Assembly (NCBI GenBank): GCA_946407735.1
Contig: CAMJPL010000010.1
Span: forward strand, 5,298-69,297
Source of the DNA: an uncultured Clostridia bacterium
Lineage (GTDB): Bacteria; Bacillota; Clostridia; Oscillospirales; CAG-272
Reading direction: 5' to 3'
Length of the DNA: 64,000 nt
Positions 1 through 8,661 of this stretch are shown one piece after another (the first letter of the stretch is position 1; each line of letters opens with the position of its first letter). The translations under genes and the position numbers were made by a program. Below the pieces are notes generated by a model that did no database searches, had not been told where the DNA came from, and saw only the letters and a list, made by a program, of their open reading frames with translations.

Positions 1-1
1 C

Positions 2-859
2 ACTCTTGTCGGAGACACGACATCCATTCTGCTCGGCGGTTACGCCGACATGAACTTCTTTGAATTCTTCTGGATGAACGGCAAACCGGGCATATTCTGG
101 GGCGTTGAACTCGGGGCGATAGCCTCGATATTCGTTCTGCTGTTCCTGTTCAGAAAGGATACACAGAAGATCACCGCCGAGGTGGAAACTGAGGTAAATG
201 ACTATTTCCCGTCGATACTGATGCTCGGAGTCGTCGCGCTTCTCATATGCGCCTCGTTCCTCCCGAAGCCCGAAAGCGGTATCCTCGCCGTGCTTTACAG
301 CCTCAGAAGCGGTATCATTTGCCTTGTTCTCTGCATCATCGGCGTAGTCAGAGCCTGTCTGAAAAACAGCAGCTCCTCCCCGCTGAAGAAGGTCATCGGC
401 GATATAGATAGGGACACCATCCTTCTGCTCTTCGGCCTGTTTATCGTTATAGAAGGCATTACAAGCGCCGGTGTCATCGACGCGATATCCGGCGTGTTCT
501 ACAAGATATCCGGCAACAACGCCTTCCTGCTTTACACGCTGCTGGTGTTCTTCTCGGTCGCGGTATCTGCATTCATCGACAACATCCCGTATGTCGCCAC
601 GATGCTCCCCGTCGTCAGCGGAATATCGGCTCTTATGGGCACGGAGCCGTATGTATTCTACTTCGGTCTGCTGACCGGTGCTACGCTCGGCGGCAACCTT
701 ACGCCGATTGGTGCATCAGCTAACATCACGACAATCGGTATACTGAAAAAGAACGGATACGAAGTCAAAAACAGTGATTTCCTGCGTATCGGCGTGCCTT
801 TCACCCTTACCGCCGTGCTCGTCGGATATGCTTATATCTGGCTTGTTTGGGGAATATAA
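2..859 (+). CDS. ArsB/NhaD (citrate-transporter-like) family membrane permease, 5'-truncated by the window edge
   Basis: The frame is open from base 2 (TLVGDTTSILLGGYAD precedes the listed Met). The protein is polytopic and hydrophobic, with FIDNIPYVATMLP and GGNLTPIGASANI motifs typical of this permease superfamily. Confidence 0.7.
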   Translation, partial: TLVGDTTSILLGGYADMNFFEFFWMNGKPGIFWGVELGAIASIFVLLFLFRKDTQKITAEVETEVNDYFPSILMLGVVALLICASFLPKPESGILAVLYSLRSGIICLVLCIIGVVRACLKNSSSSPLKKVIGDIDRDTILLLFGLFIVIEGITSAGVIDAISGVFYKISGNNAFLLYTLLVFFSVAVSAFIDNIPYVATMLPVVSGISALMGTEPYVFYFGLLTGATLGGNLTPIGASANITTIGILKKNGYEVKNSDFLRIGVPFTLTAVLVGYAYIWLVWGI

Positions 860-884
860 AAAAGCCGCGGCATAAACCGCGTCT

Positions 885-1427
885 TTATTGCAGGTCAGTA
901 TGTTCTTTCGCGTAAGCTATGACCGTTTCCGCGACTGTCCTTCTCTTTTCATAATCAAGCCTGAATATCTCAGCCGCCGCGCAGTACTTGTCGGTCATCG
1001 AGACTATAAGCGCCTCTTTTGACATGGGTGGGCGTAATGTTAGCGGCCACATGTGGACCAGAATTATCTCTTTTTCAAGCTCGGTAAGGTCAAATATCCC
1101 GGCGGCAGTCTCTGCGGCTATCAGCGGATGAACGAACCCGTGAAGACCTCCCCTCGGAGGCTTCGTGCGGTGCCAGTCATAAAGGTACATGTCATGGAGA
1201 AGACCGCCTCTCGCGCAGGCCCGCCCGTTTCCTCCCGCCTTGATCGCGCTGAGATAGCTGAAATATGAGACGCATATGCAGTGGTCAAGGGTGGTGCAGT
1301 CGCTGTGCTGAATATAATTCGACATGCTCAGCACCTTCGGATGGGTGATAAGGTCGTCTATTATTTCCAGATATTCGGGGACCACGGCGATCCGCTCTGT
1401 GTTTTTTCTTTCTGTGTTACTCTGCAT
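885..1427 (-). CDS. HD-domain phosphohydrolase
   Basis: 180-aa ORF with an ATG start. It has a His...HD signature (HCICVSY ... LLHDMYLYDWH) and a further His cluster (GLHGFVHP). Confidence 0.65.
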   Translation of the reverse strand: MQSNTERKNTERIAVVPEYLEIIDDLITHPKVLSMSNYIQHSDCTTLDHCICVSYFSYLSAIKAGGNGRACARGGLLHDMYLYDWHRTKPPRGGLHGFVHPLIAAETAAGIFDLTELEKEIILVHMWPLTLRPPMSKEALIVSMTDKYCAAAEIFRLDYEKRRTVAETVIAYAKEHTDLQ

Positions 1428-1559
1428 CTTGATTTAATATTGATCATTTTTATAGTTTCCTATATTGTACCATTAATAATCGGGAAATTAGACCATATTT
1501 TGTAAATTATCTGTTTTTACCCGCGACATCATGATAAACCATATTTTCGGTGATCTGTT

Positions 1560-2255
1560 ATGAAAATATACTATTGCCGCCATGCAGAGCCTATATATGA
1601 TCCGGATTCCCTGACAGAAAAGGGTCAGCTTCAGGCAAAAGCCCTTGCCGAAAGGCTCAAAAAGGTCGAATTCTCTCATATATACACCTCGCCGTCAAAC
1701 AGAGCGCGTCAGACCGCGCAGGCGACATGCGACGCGACGGGCGTGCCGTATGAAGTCGAGGACTGGACGCTCGAGCTGTGGAACGATTTCGCCGTCACGA
1801 GAGAAGACGGAAGAAAGATGTTCTGCATGTCGATCGACGGAGTCAGATTCCGCGAGGATATGAAGACGTCTCTCGGCGACGAATGGTACACCCTTCCGTG
1901 TCTCGATACGATAAACGGCAGAGAGGCTTATGACAAGGTCATAAGAAACTCGGATGAATTCCTTGCCAGACACGGCTATGTGCGCGAAGGCAGCGTATAC
2001 AAAATCACCCGGGAAAATGAAGATAACATAGCCATGTTCGCTCACGGCGGCTTCGGGCTCGTATGGCTCGCGCATATCCTCGCCGTCCCGCTGCCGATAT
2101 TCTGGGCAGGCTTCGGCATAAACCACGCGTCCATTACCGTGATCAATTTCAAAAACAAACCTTCCGGCTACACCGTACCGTCACTTTTATGCTTTTCCGA
2201 TACGTCGCACCTTTTCGGAAAAGAATCTCTGCATTCCGATTCGCTTGATTATTAA
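1560..2255 (+). CDS. Histidine phosphatase (phosphoglycerate-mutase-like) family protein
   Basis: N-terminal YYCRHAEP (RHG-type catalytic motif), SPSNRARQTA, and a C-terminal FAHGG histidine. Confidence 0.8.
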   Translation: MKIYYCRHAEPIYDPDSLTEKGQLQAKALAERLKKVEFSHIYTSPSNRARQTAQATCDATGVPYEVEDWTLELWNDFAVTREDGRKMFCMSIDGVRFREDMKTSLGDEWYTLPCLDTINGREAYDKVIRNSDEFLARHGYVREGSVYKITRENEDNIAMFAHGGFGLVWLAHILAVPLPIFWAGFGINHASITVINFKNKPSGYTVPSLLCFSDTSHLFGKESLHSDSLDY

Positions 2256-2273
2256 TATTCGAGGTATATAAAC

Positions 2274-3767
2274 ATGAAACCTTCAAACAGCAGATCAGCC
2301 GCGCTTATCCTTGCGTCGCTGATCGCTTCCGGCACCCTGTTTTCCTGCGACGAAGCCGCCGAAGTAAGCTCACCGGCGTCAAACGCCGAGACGACCGCCC
2401 CGGCCGATGAGATCGTCACCGAAGGGGAAACCACCGAGAGCTTTGATCCCGGCCTTCCGGAGCAGGATTACGGAGGATCGACATTTACGATCCTGACTAA
2501 GGGCGTTGCCGCTTATAACGAATGGGGCGAGGTCTCGATCTGGACCGAGTCGGAGAACGGCGAAGTCGTAAACGACGCTATATATGACCGCAACCGTCAG
2601 ATCGAGGAGACATATAACATCGTCATAGCCGAGTATCAGTCAGGCTCTCCGGCAAACGATATCAAAAAAAGCGTTTCTGCCGGTGACAACGCATATCAGC
2701 TCGTGATGCCCGCCTTCGGCGACAGCGGTTCTCTCGCATCCGGCGGCTTCCTTGTCGACCTGTTCACTCTGAATTACGTCGATCTTTCCAAGAAGTGGTG
2801 GGATCAGAGATCCGTCAGCGATCTTACCATCGGCGGACATCTGTTCTTCGCCGGGTCCGACATCAGCAATCTGAACAACGACGCCACATGGTGCACGATG
2901 TTCAACAAGAAGATGATACAGGATTTCAACGATCCCAGCCCGTATGACCTTGTTGCCGAAAACAAATGGACATTCGATAATTTCTATGCCAGCTACCAGA
3001 ACGTATATCAGGATCTGGACGGCGACGGCAAGGCCGGCGCATATGACTGCTATGCCAACCTTACGCAGAACGAGAACTACAACGCCTATTATCTCGGGAC
3101 CGGTGAGAGGCTTATCGCGAAGAATGCCGATGATCTTCCGGTGATTGCCCTCGGCGTCAGCGAGAAATCGGCCGACATCATCGAGTCTCTGAACAAGATA
3201 ATGAATGACGATCTGTTCTCGCTCAACTATCATAAATACGGCAACCTCGGGTATCATCTCTGGACCACGCAGATGTTCCAGGAAAGCCGCGGACTGTTCT
3301 GGATAACAAATCTCCAGATCGTTATCCGCCTTCGTGATCTTGAGACTCCTTTCGGAATAGTTCCCGTTCCGAAGTACTCCGAGAGTCAGGAGCATTACTC
3401 TAACGTCGTATGGACGGTCGGATCGTACGCGGCTGTGCCGAAGAGCTCCGACGACATGGACCGCACCGGCATCATCCTTGAGGCGATGGCCGCAAAATCC
3501 ACCGAGGTGCTACGCCCAGCGTACTTTGACCGCGCTCTTACCGGAAAATATCTGCGCGACGAGGAATCCAACGAGCAGCTCGACATCATAATCAGCGAGC
3601 GCATCTATGATCTCGGACTTGCCTTTGACTTCGGCGGCATCTCCGGAATTCTTCAGTCTGTTATGGCGAAGAACTCCAACGATATAGCTTCCGAAATGGC
3701 GAAGAAAGAGACCAAGATCCAGCAGGCGATCGACAAGGTCGTCACCGCCTTCGACGAAAACACATAA
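2274..3767 (+). CDS. Extracellular solute-binding lipoprotein (~500-aa LplA-like class), paralog 1
   Basis: GAGGT ribosome-binding site. Signal peptide with lipobox (LFSC) followed by an Ala/Glu/Thr linker. Paralogous to the ORFs at 21105-22595 and 47406-48950 (shared GG.xF.I, KWWDQ / PWWDQ / PYWDQ, PVPKY / PYPKY / PCPKW). Confidence 0.8.
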   Translation: MKPSNSRSAALILASLIASGTLFSCDEAAEVSSPASNAETTAPADEIVTEGETTESFDPGLPEQDYGGSTFTILTKGVAAYNEWGEVSIWTESENGEVVNDAIYDRNRQIEETYNIVIAEYQSGSPANDIKKSVSAGDNAYQLVMPAFGDSGSLASGGFLVDLFTLNYVDLSKKWWDQRSVSDLTIGGHLFFAGSDISNLNNDATWCTMFNKKMIQDFNDPSPYDLVAENKWTFDNFYASYQNVYQDLDGDGKAGAYDCYANLTQNENYNAYYLGTGERLIAKNADDLPVIALGVSEKSADIIESLNKIMNDDLFSLNYHKYGNLGYHLWTTQMFQESRGLFWITNLQIVIRLRDLETPFGIVPVPKYSESQEHYSNVVWTVGSYAAVPKSSDDMDRTGIILEAMAAKSTEVLRPAYFDRALTGKYLRDEESNEQLDIIISERIYDLGLAFDFGGISGILQSVMAKNSNDIASEMAKKETKIQQAIDKVVTAFDENT

Positions 3768-4468
3768 TGTGCGGAAGATACCTCTTTATATCCGAGGAAG
3801 ACGAGCTTAAAGAGCTTCTCTATCTCGCGTCATTCGGTTCAGGCGTGGAGCCTGAGCCGAATGATTTCCCTTCCGGTGAGATTTTCCCGGGAACCAGGAT
3901 GCCGGTGATAACAGACATGATCTTCGCCGGCAGCGGCGACGGCTTAAAAAGAATAAAGGAATCCGTCAGAATGGAGCTTTCCGTCTGGGGAATACCGATA
4001 TACGGAAAAAAGAAGGACATCATAAACGCCAGACGTGAGCGCATCATGGAAAGCCCGTTATTTTCGGAGCTTTTCAGATCAGGAAGATGCGTAATCCCCG
4101 CGTCCGGATATTTTGAATGGAAGCATTCAGATGAAACAGCGGATGTCGACGACAATGTACAGCTTGATCTGTTCGGCGGTTATTCAGCGATGAGCGGAAA
4201 TACGAAAAAAACGCGAAGCGAAAAGTATCTTTTCACGATGCCTGACAGCAAAATTATGTATATGGCCGGACTATCCGGCATATACGGCAATACGAGCAGA
4301 TTCGCCGTCATAACGGGTAACGCCGAAGGAGGCGCCGCAGAGATACACGACAGGATGCCGCTCATCCTCACCGAAGATTCCGTATCTTTATGGCTGAACG
4401 ATGAAAGATCGGCAATATCGCTTCTGGAAGGCGAAATCCCGGAGCCCCGGTTTGCTCTGGCAGGCTGA
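3767..4468 (+). CDS. SOS-response-associated peptidase (SRAP/YedK/HMCES family, abasic-site sensor)
   Basis: Starts MCGRY (catalytic Cys2 hallmark), with SGYFEW and HDRMPLIL motifs. The ATG overlaps the upstream stop (TAATG). Confidence 0.85.
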   Translation: MCGRYLFISEEDELKELLYLASFGSGVEPEPNDFPSGEIFPGTRMPVITDMIFAGSGDGLKRIKESVRMELSVWGIPIYGKKKDIINARRERIMESPLFSELFRSGRCVIPASGYFEWKHSDETADVDDNVQLDLFGGYSAMSGNTKKTRSEKYLFTMPDSKIMYMAGLSGIYGNTSRFAVITGNAEGGAAEIHDRMPLILTEDSVSLWLNDERSAISLLEGEIPEPRFALAG

Positions 4469-4513
4469 TATGAGGCAATTCGTTTTACCGCGTTATTTGA
4501 AAAAGGAGAAAAA

Positions 4514-5155
4514 ATGTATTTAAAGGAAGCATTCAGATATCAGAATTATCTTGACAAAATGATCGACTGCACAACCATCTTCCTTGAACAAAGCGGAAAT
4601 ATCACAAGGAAGAAGCAGATCCATTACAAATCAAAGGCCAAAAACGGCGCCGAGGACGAAGAGATCGTTATTCAGCAGGAGAAGAACTTCGAATCCGAAA
4701 TCTCTGATATGATCGATTTCATGGTTTTTCTGGTGGATGAAAAACAGCGCCTCTCCGAAGCCATAAATATCGCCAAAACAAAATGCGGCTTCGATATAGA
4801 CGCGGCGCTGCTGACAAATAAAGCCAGACAGCGCGCCATCGCTTCCCTTTCCGAGATGGCGCTCGTGAAATCAGGTGAACGTATGTCCACCGGCACAGCC
4901 TATACATTCAATATCAACGGTGATCAGACAGCTTATAAATATGACATAAAAGAAGTCACGACCATTGACTTCGACCGCAACAAAGTCAAAAAGCTCAAGC
5001 TTTCGCTGTCAAAAATCTCCGATGAGATTTCATCGAAATGCGATATCGCGCTTTCATCGACCGAGGTCGACTTCACGCCGACTTTTGATGTCAATGAAAA
5101 CGATCTCGACGATTCCGTCAGAACATTTATAGAAAAGCGCAGGAGTAATCAATAA
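4514..5155 (+). CDS. Hypothetical protein, no recognisable family
   Basis: 213-aa ORF with a strong AAGGAG site 7 nt upstream. More AT-rich than its neighbours by eye. No signal peptide, no transmembrane segment, no motif I recognise. Confidence 0.55.
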   Translation: MYLKEAFRYQNYLDKMIDCTTIFLEQSGNITRKKQIHYKSKAKNGAEDEEIVIQQEKNFESEISDMIDFMVFLVDEKQRLSEAINIAKTKCGFDIDAALLTNKARQRAIASLSEMALVKSGERMSTGTAYTFNINGDQTAYKYDIKEVTTIDFDRNKVKKLKLSLSKISDEISSKCDIALSSTEVDFTPTFDVNENDLDDSVRTFIEKRRSNQ

Positions 5156-5163
5156 CTCAATCT

Positions 5164-5585
5164 TTTCCGACCTTGTATCGGAGGCCGGAAGCGTCCTCAC
5201 GATCGGCTTCAGATCCCAACCGCTTCAGACGCAGATGAAGTGTAATGCTGCGTGATGAGCATGTTATCGAAATATGCCGCTGTGGTCCGCCATAGCGTTC
5301 TGATTTCTTTTTCGGACGATCAATTCAATATGTATCAGATACATAATTCAATTTTTCGTCAATCGAAAGACGATACTCAATATACGCTTAGTAAATCGAA
5401 TCCCGTCAATCACAAAACATTATAAAGTCATTTCACCATATCAATATTTGTACATCGCGTCGTAATAAACAATCTTTACTACTGATAAATCTTCGGATTT
5501 ATACACTTTAAAATAATTGGATGGGCTTTGCTGGCTGATATAAGCTCCGGCTTTCCGCTTCCGGCTTCCGATACAAGGTCGGAAA
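5164..5585. repeat. MITE-like element: 30-bp terminal inverted repeats flanking ~360 bp of AT-rich non-coding DNA
   Basis: 5164-5193 tttccgaccttgtatcggaggccggaagcg is the reverse complement of 5556-5585 cgcttccggcttccgatacaaggtcggaaa, with 29 of 30 positions matching. The interior is clearly AT-rich. Confidence 0.5.
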
Positions 5586-5590
5586 CAATA

Positions 5591-5620
5591 AAACGATCTG
5601 TTTTGAACAGATCGTTTTTT
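5591..5620. terminator. Bidirectional rho-independent terminator between the 4514-5155 operon and recR
   Basis: aaacgatctg / cagatcgttt 10-bp stem with a 7-nt loop, a T-run on the + strand and an A-run upstream. Confidence 0.65.
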
Positions 5621-5622
5621 GT

Positions 5623-6231
5623 TCATTCAAGTTCAGTTCTTCCTTTGAACGCTCTGAAAAGCGTCCCCTCGTCAGCAAACTCGAGATCGCCGCCGACCGG
5701 AATGCCGTAGGCAAGGCGTGTTATCTTTACATTATACGGCTTCAAAAGCTTTGAAATGTACAAAGCGGTCGTATCGCCTTCAACAGTAGGGCTTGTGGCG
5801 ATGATGACTTCCTCGACCTTGTTGTCAGGATCCTGCACGCGGTATACCAGTTCCCGGATATGAAGCTTATCCGGCGTTATGCCGTCTCTCGGAGACAGCA
5901 CGCCGTGAAGGACGTGATACAGTCCGTGGTATTCCCTGACCTTTTCGAGCGAGATCAGCGATTTGACGTCCTCCACGACGCATATATATTCCCTGTCGCG
6001 GTTTTTGTCGCTGCATATGCCGCAAAGCTCATTCTCGCTCAGATTGAAGCAGCAGCTGCATTCCCTGATGTTCCTTTTCGCCTGTATTACGGCGTCGGCG
6101 AAGGCGTACGCCTTTTCGTCGGAAAAATCAAGTACCCTGAATGCGAGTCTCTGAGCGGTTTTTCTGCCTATCCCGGGAAGAGACTGGAATTTATCTATCA
6201 GATTCTCAAGAGAAGGAAGATTTTCTTCCAT
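5623..6231 (-). CDS. recR: Recombination protein RecR
   Basis: LPGIGRKTAQRLAF helix-hairpin-helix, a C4 zinc finger (CSCC...CGIC) and a Toprim region. Conserved dnaX-ybaB-recR order. Confidence 0.95.
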   Translation of the reverse strand: MEENLPSLENLIDKFQSLPGIGRKTAQRLAFRVLDFSDEKAYAFADAVIQAKRNIRECSCCFNLSENELCGICSDKNRDREYICVVEDVKSLISLEKVREYHGLYHVLHGVLSPRDGITPDKLHIRELVYRVQDPDNKVEEVIIATSPTVEGDTTALYISKLLKPYNVKITRLAYGIPVGGDLEFADEGTLFRAFKGRTELE

Positions 6232-6236
6232 GATTA

Positions 6237-6584
6237 TCAGACCAGACCGGGCACATTGAGCTTCCCGGTGATTTTCTCCTGTTCGGCGGCGTTAGTTTCC
6301 TCGACCTTCTTTACTGCAGAGTTGAAAGCTGCGATAAGAACGTCGGTAAGAGATTCGATATCATCGGGGTCGACAAGCTCCTTGTCGATCTCGAGAGAGG
6401 TTATCTCTTTTTTCCCGTTTATAACGAGCTTCACAGCGCCGCCGCCGGATTCTATGGTATACTCACGGACGTCAAGCTCCTCCTGCAGAGCCTCCATCTC
6501 CTCCTGCATCTTCTGCGCCTGACGGATCATGGCGTTCATGTTCTGCGGCCCGCCGCCGTAACCTTTGGGTAATCTTGCTTTCAT
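6237..6584 (-). CDS. ybaB: YbaB/EbfC nucleoid-associated protein
   Basis: 115 aa, with NMNAMIRQAQKMQEEMEALQEEL typical of the family, located between dnaX and recR. Confidence 0.9.
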   Translation of the reverse strand: MKARLPKGYGGGPQNMNAMIRQAQKMQEEMEALQEELDVREYTIESGGGAVKLVINGKKEITSLEIDKELVDPDDIESLTDVLIAAFNSAVKKVEETNAAEQEKITGKLNVPGLV

Positions 6585-6588
6585 GCTG

Positions 6589-8199
6589 TTATGACCTTTC
6601 CTGAACCTGATCCTGATCGATCAGTTCATCTATATATTCATTTTTATTATCTTTTGTTTCAGCGGATTTGAATACAATACCGCCCGGAGTGAGTTTTATT
6701 CCTGTTTCCGAGTAAATCAGCGCGGCGATCGTTTTCCTGACGCCGTCTTTATCCAGCATCGACACAGCGAAGCTGTTCTGCAACACGATATGTACCGAGC
6801 TTGAGGTGTCGTCCGCATAAGCCTTTGAGCCGAGCAGGAACGAAGCTGTCATCCTGTCAGACGCCGAATACTTCTCGAGAATATCCGGCCAGCGCTTCAG
6901 CGCGTTATAGGTTTTCTTCGTCTGCTGAACGGAAGTCTGTTTTACCGGGATCTCTGTTTCCGGTTCCAGTTTCTCGATTGACTTCATTTTTTTGACCGGC
7001 TCATCGGAAGATAGCTGCTCGCTGGGACCTGATAATTCAAGAACTGCGATCCTGTTTTCCGCGGCGGAAATTCTGTCGAGAAGAGCGTCAGGCGACGATG
7101 ACAGCGAAGGTTCGCTCATCCTTATAAGCGCGAGCTCGGCGGTCACACGCTTCGATTCGGAGCTTCTTCCGCCCTGCATCGTGATGTAAACATCGTCAAG
7201 CTGACTGCTGTAAACGGTGAGCTGGGTCATGGTAAGAGAGGCAGCGAGCGATCTCATCTTGTCGAGATCCTCCTTCTGAGCCTCTATAAACTGCTCCGGT
7301 TCACGCATACAGCGTATGATCATCAGATCACGGCAGTATCCGATAAGCTCCTGCCAGAATACCGAGATATCCTTCGACGAGACATATATATCCTCGATAA
7401 TCCTGAATATCGTCTCATGATCTGCGTTTTTCACAGCTTTGAAGGTCTCGGCCAGGGTATCGCGGCTCACCGAGCCAGATACCTTTTCGACCACATCGAC
7501 AGTGACCGTTTCTTTTCCGCTTTCACCCGAGCAGAGCTCAAGAAGGCTTATCGCGTCGCGCATGCCTCCCTGAGAAAGTCTGGCGATATACATAGACGCG
7601 CCGTCGTCGAGCGGAATGCCGTCCTCGGCGGCGATATGATTCAGTCTGTCGGCGATTACCCTGCTCGGAATCCGCTTGAAATCGAACCTCTGACACCGTG
7701 ACAGCACCGTAGCCGGAACCTTTCTCGGCTCCGTAGTCGCGAGGATGAAGGTGACCTGTGTCGGAGGCTCCTCAAGCGTTTTCAGAAGCGCGTTGAACGC
7801 GCTGTCCGACAGCATGTGCACCTCGTCGATGATATAGATGCGGCTTTTCATCTCCGACGGGGCATATACGACTTCGTCACGGATGCTTCTGACATCGTCG
7901 ACGCCGTTGTTCGACGCGGCGTCCATTTCATATATGTCGGTAGCGGTGCCGCTGTCTATGCTGAGACACGCCTCGCATCTGCAGCAAGGATTGCCGTCCT
8001 GAGGGTCGAGACAGTTTATCGCCTTCGCGAGGATCTTTGCGCAGGAGGTTTTTCCCGTTCCCCTTGATCCACAGAAAAGATAGGCATGAGAGGTCTTACC
8101 GGTGATCAGTTCATATTTAAGAACATTCGTGACATGCTCCTGACCGCAAACCTCGTCAAAAGTGCGCGGCCTCCATTTTCTGTACAGAGCCTGATGCAT
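6589..8199 (-). CDS. dnaX: DNA polymerase III subunit tau (gamma/tau)
   Basis: QALYRKWRP start, Walker A GSRGTGKTS, a CxxC zinc module and DEVHML. Start moved from the listed GTG (8208) to the ATG at 8199, which follows GGTGAGGA. Confidence 0.93.
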   Translation of the reverse strand: MHQALYRKWRPRTFDEVCGQEHVTNVLKYELITGKTSHAYLFCGSRGTGKTSCAKILAKAINCLDPQDGNPCCRCEACLSIDSGTATDIYEMDAASNNGVDDVRSIRDEVVYAPSEMKSRIYIIDEVHMLSDSAFNALLKTLEEPPTQVTFILATTEPRKVPATVLSRCQRFDFKRIPSRVIADRLNHIAAEDGIPLDDGASMYIARLSQGGMRDAISLLELCSGESGKETVTVDVVEKVSGSVSRDTLAETFKAVKNADHETIFRIIEDIYVSSKDISVFWQELIGYCRDLMIIRCMREPEQFIEAQKEDLDKMRSLAASLTMTQLTVYSSQLDDVYITMQGGRSSESKRVTAELALIRMSEPSLSSSPDALLDRISAAENRIAVLELSGPSEQLSSDEPVKKMKSIEKLEPETEIPVKQTSVQQTKKTYNALKRWPDILEKYSASDRMTASFLLGSKAYADDTSSSVHIVLQNSFAVSMLDKDGVRKTIAALIYSETGIKLTPGGIVFKSAETKDNKNEYIDELIDQDQVQERS

Positions 8200-8229
8200 A
8201 ATCCTCACCGCTTTTCCGTCTGCGCCTTA

Positions 8230-8550
8230 AAAACACAGTGAGCCGCAAAATCAGACCATGCACCTCGCATCGAAGTACATTCCACACGCGCTACCCGCGA
8301 TCTGCGCTCGAAACAGGCTGCCTCGCGGCACATCGACTGAACCGCTTAATGCTGCTCGGTTCCCCGCCTGACATGGTTCACGGAGGCCGATTGCGCAAGA
8401 CCCATTTTGTCAACACGCAGACACGCGGAGCTGCCGTCTAAAACGCGCCCCTCAGACGGAGGAATTGACCCCTGCTGTAGCGGGTTGCAGGTTACAAGGC
8501 ACCGCTGATTCCCCGGCTGGCATGGCCTGATTTCACAGCTCACTGTGTAA
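8230..8550 (-). ncRNA. ffs: Signal recognition particle RNA, large (Bacillus/Clostridium-type) form
   Basis: The minus strand carries the conserved domain IV core GUCAGGCGGGGAACCGAGCAGC ... GUGCCG. Long terminal helix (cacagtgagc ... gctcactgtg) followed by a U-run. Sits directly upstream of dnaX, as in Firmicutes. The ends are approximate. Confidence 0.8.
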
Positions 8551-8567
8551 AGCTATATGCTTATAAT

Positions 8568-8596
8568 ATTATACCATGATTCACGCTGTTTTTCAA
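8568..8596 (-). promoter_or_regulatory. Sigma-A promoter for the SRP RNA
   Basis: Minus strand TTGAAA, 17-nt spacer, TATAAT. Confidence 0.65.
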
Positions 8597-8661
8597 GCGT
8601 TAGCAGGCTTTTTTTACAATAAGTTTATCGAATCATACGATCATCTGTCTATGATCCGGTT

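Noticed and set aside
5255-5425. 56-aa ORF (MSMLSKYAAVVRHS...) inside the MITE-like element, and the listed 61-aa and 68-aa ORFs at 5441-5714.
   Set aside because: There is no ribosome-binding site and the sequence is AT-rich and low-complexity. The listed minus-strand ORFs overlap the terminator and the recR 3' end. They are kept only as a possibility if RNA-seq or Ribo-seq shows expression.
8200-8208. GTG start listed for dnaX (MRIM...).
   Set aside because: That GTG lies within the GGTGAGGA Shine-Dalgarno sequence. The ATG at 8199 has proper spacing and gives the conserved MHQALYRKWRP start.
8238-8543. Short ORFs at 8238-8441 (+) and 8346-8543 (-).
   Set aside because: They lie inside the SRP RNA gene, and the region is explained by the conserved domain IV sequence and the long terminal helix.
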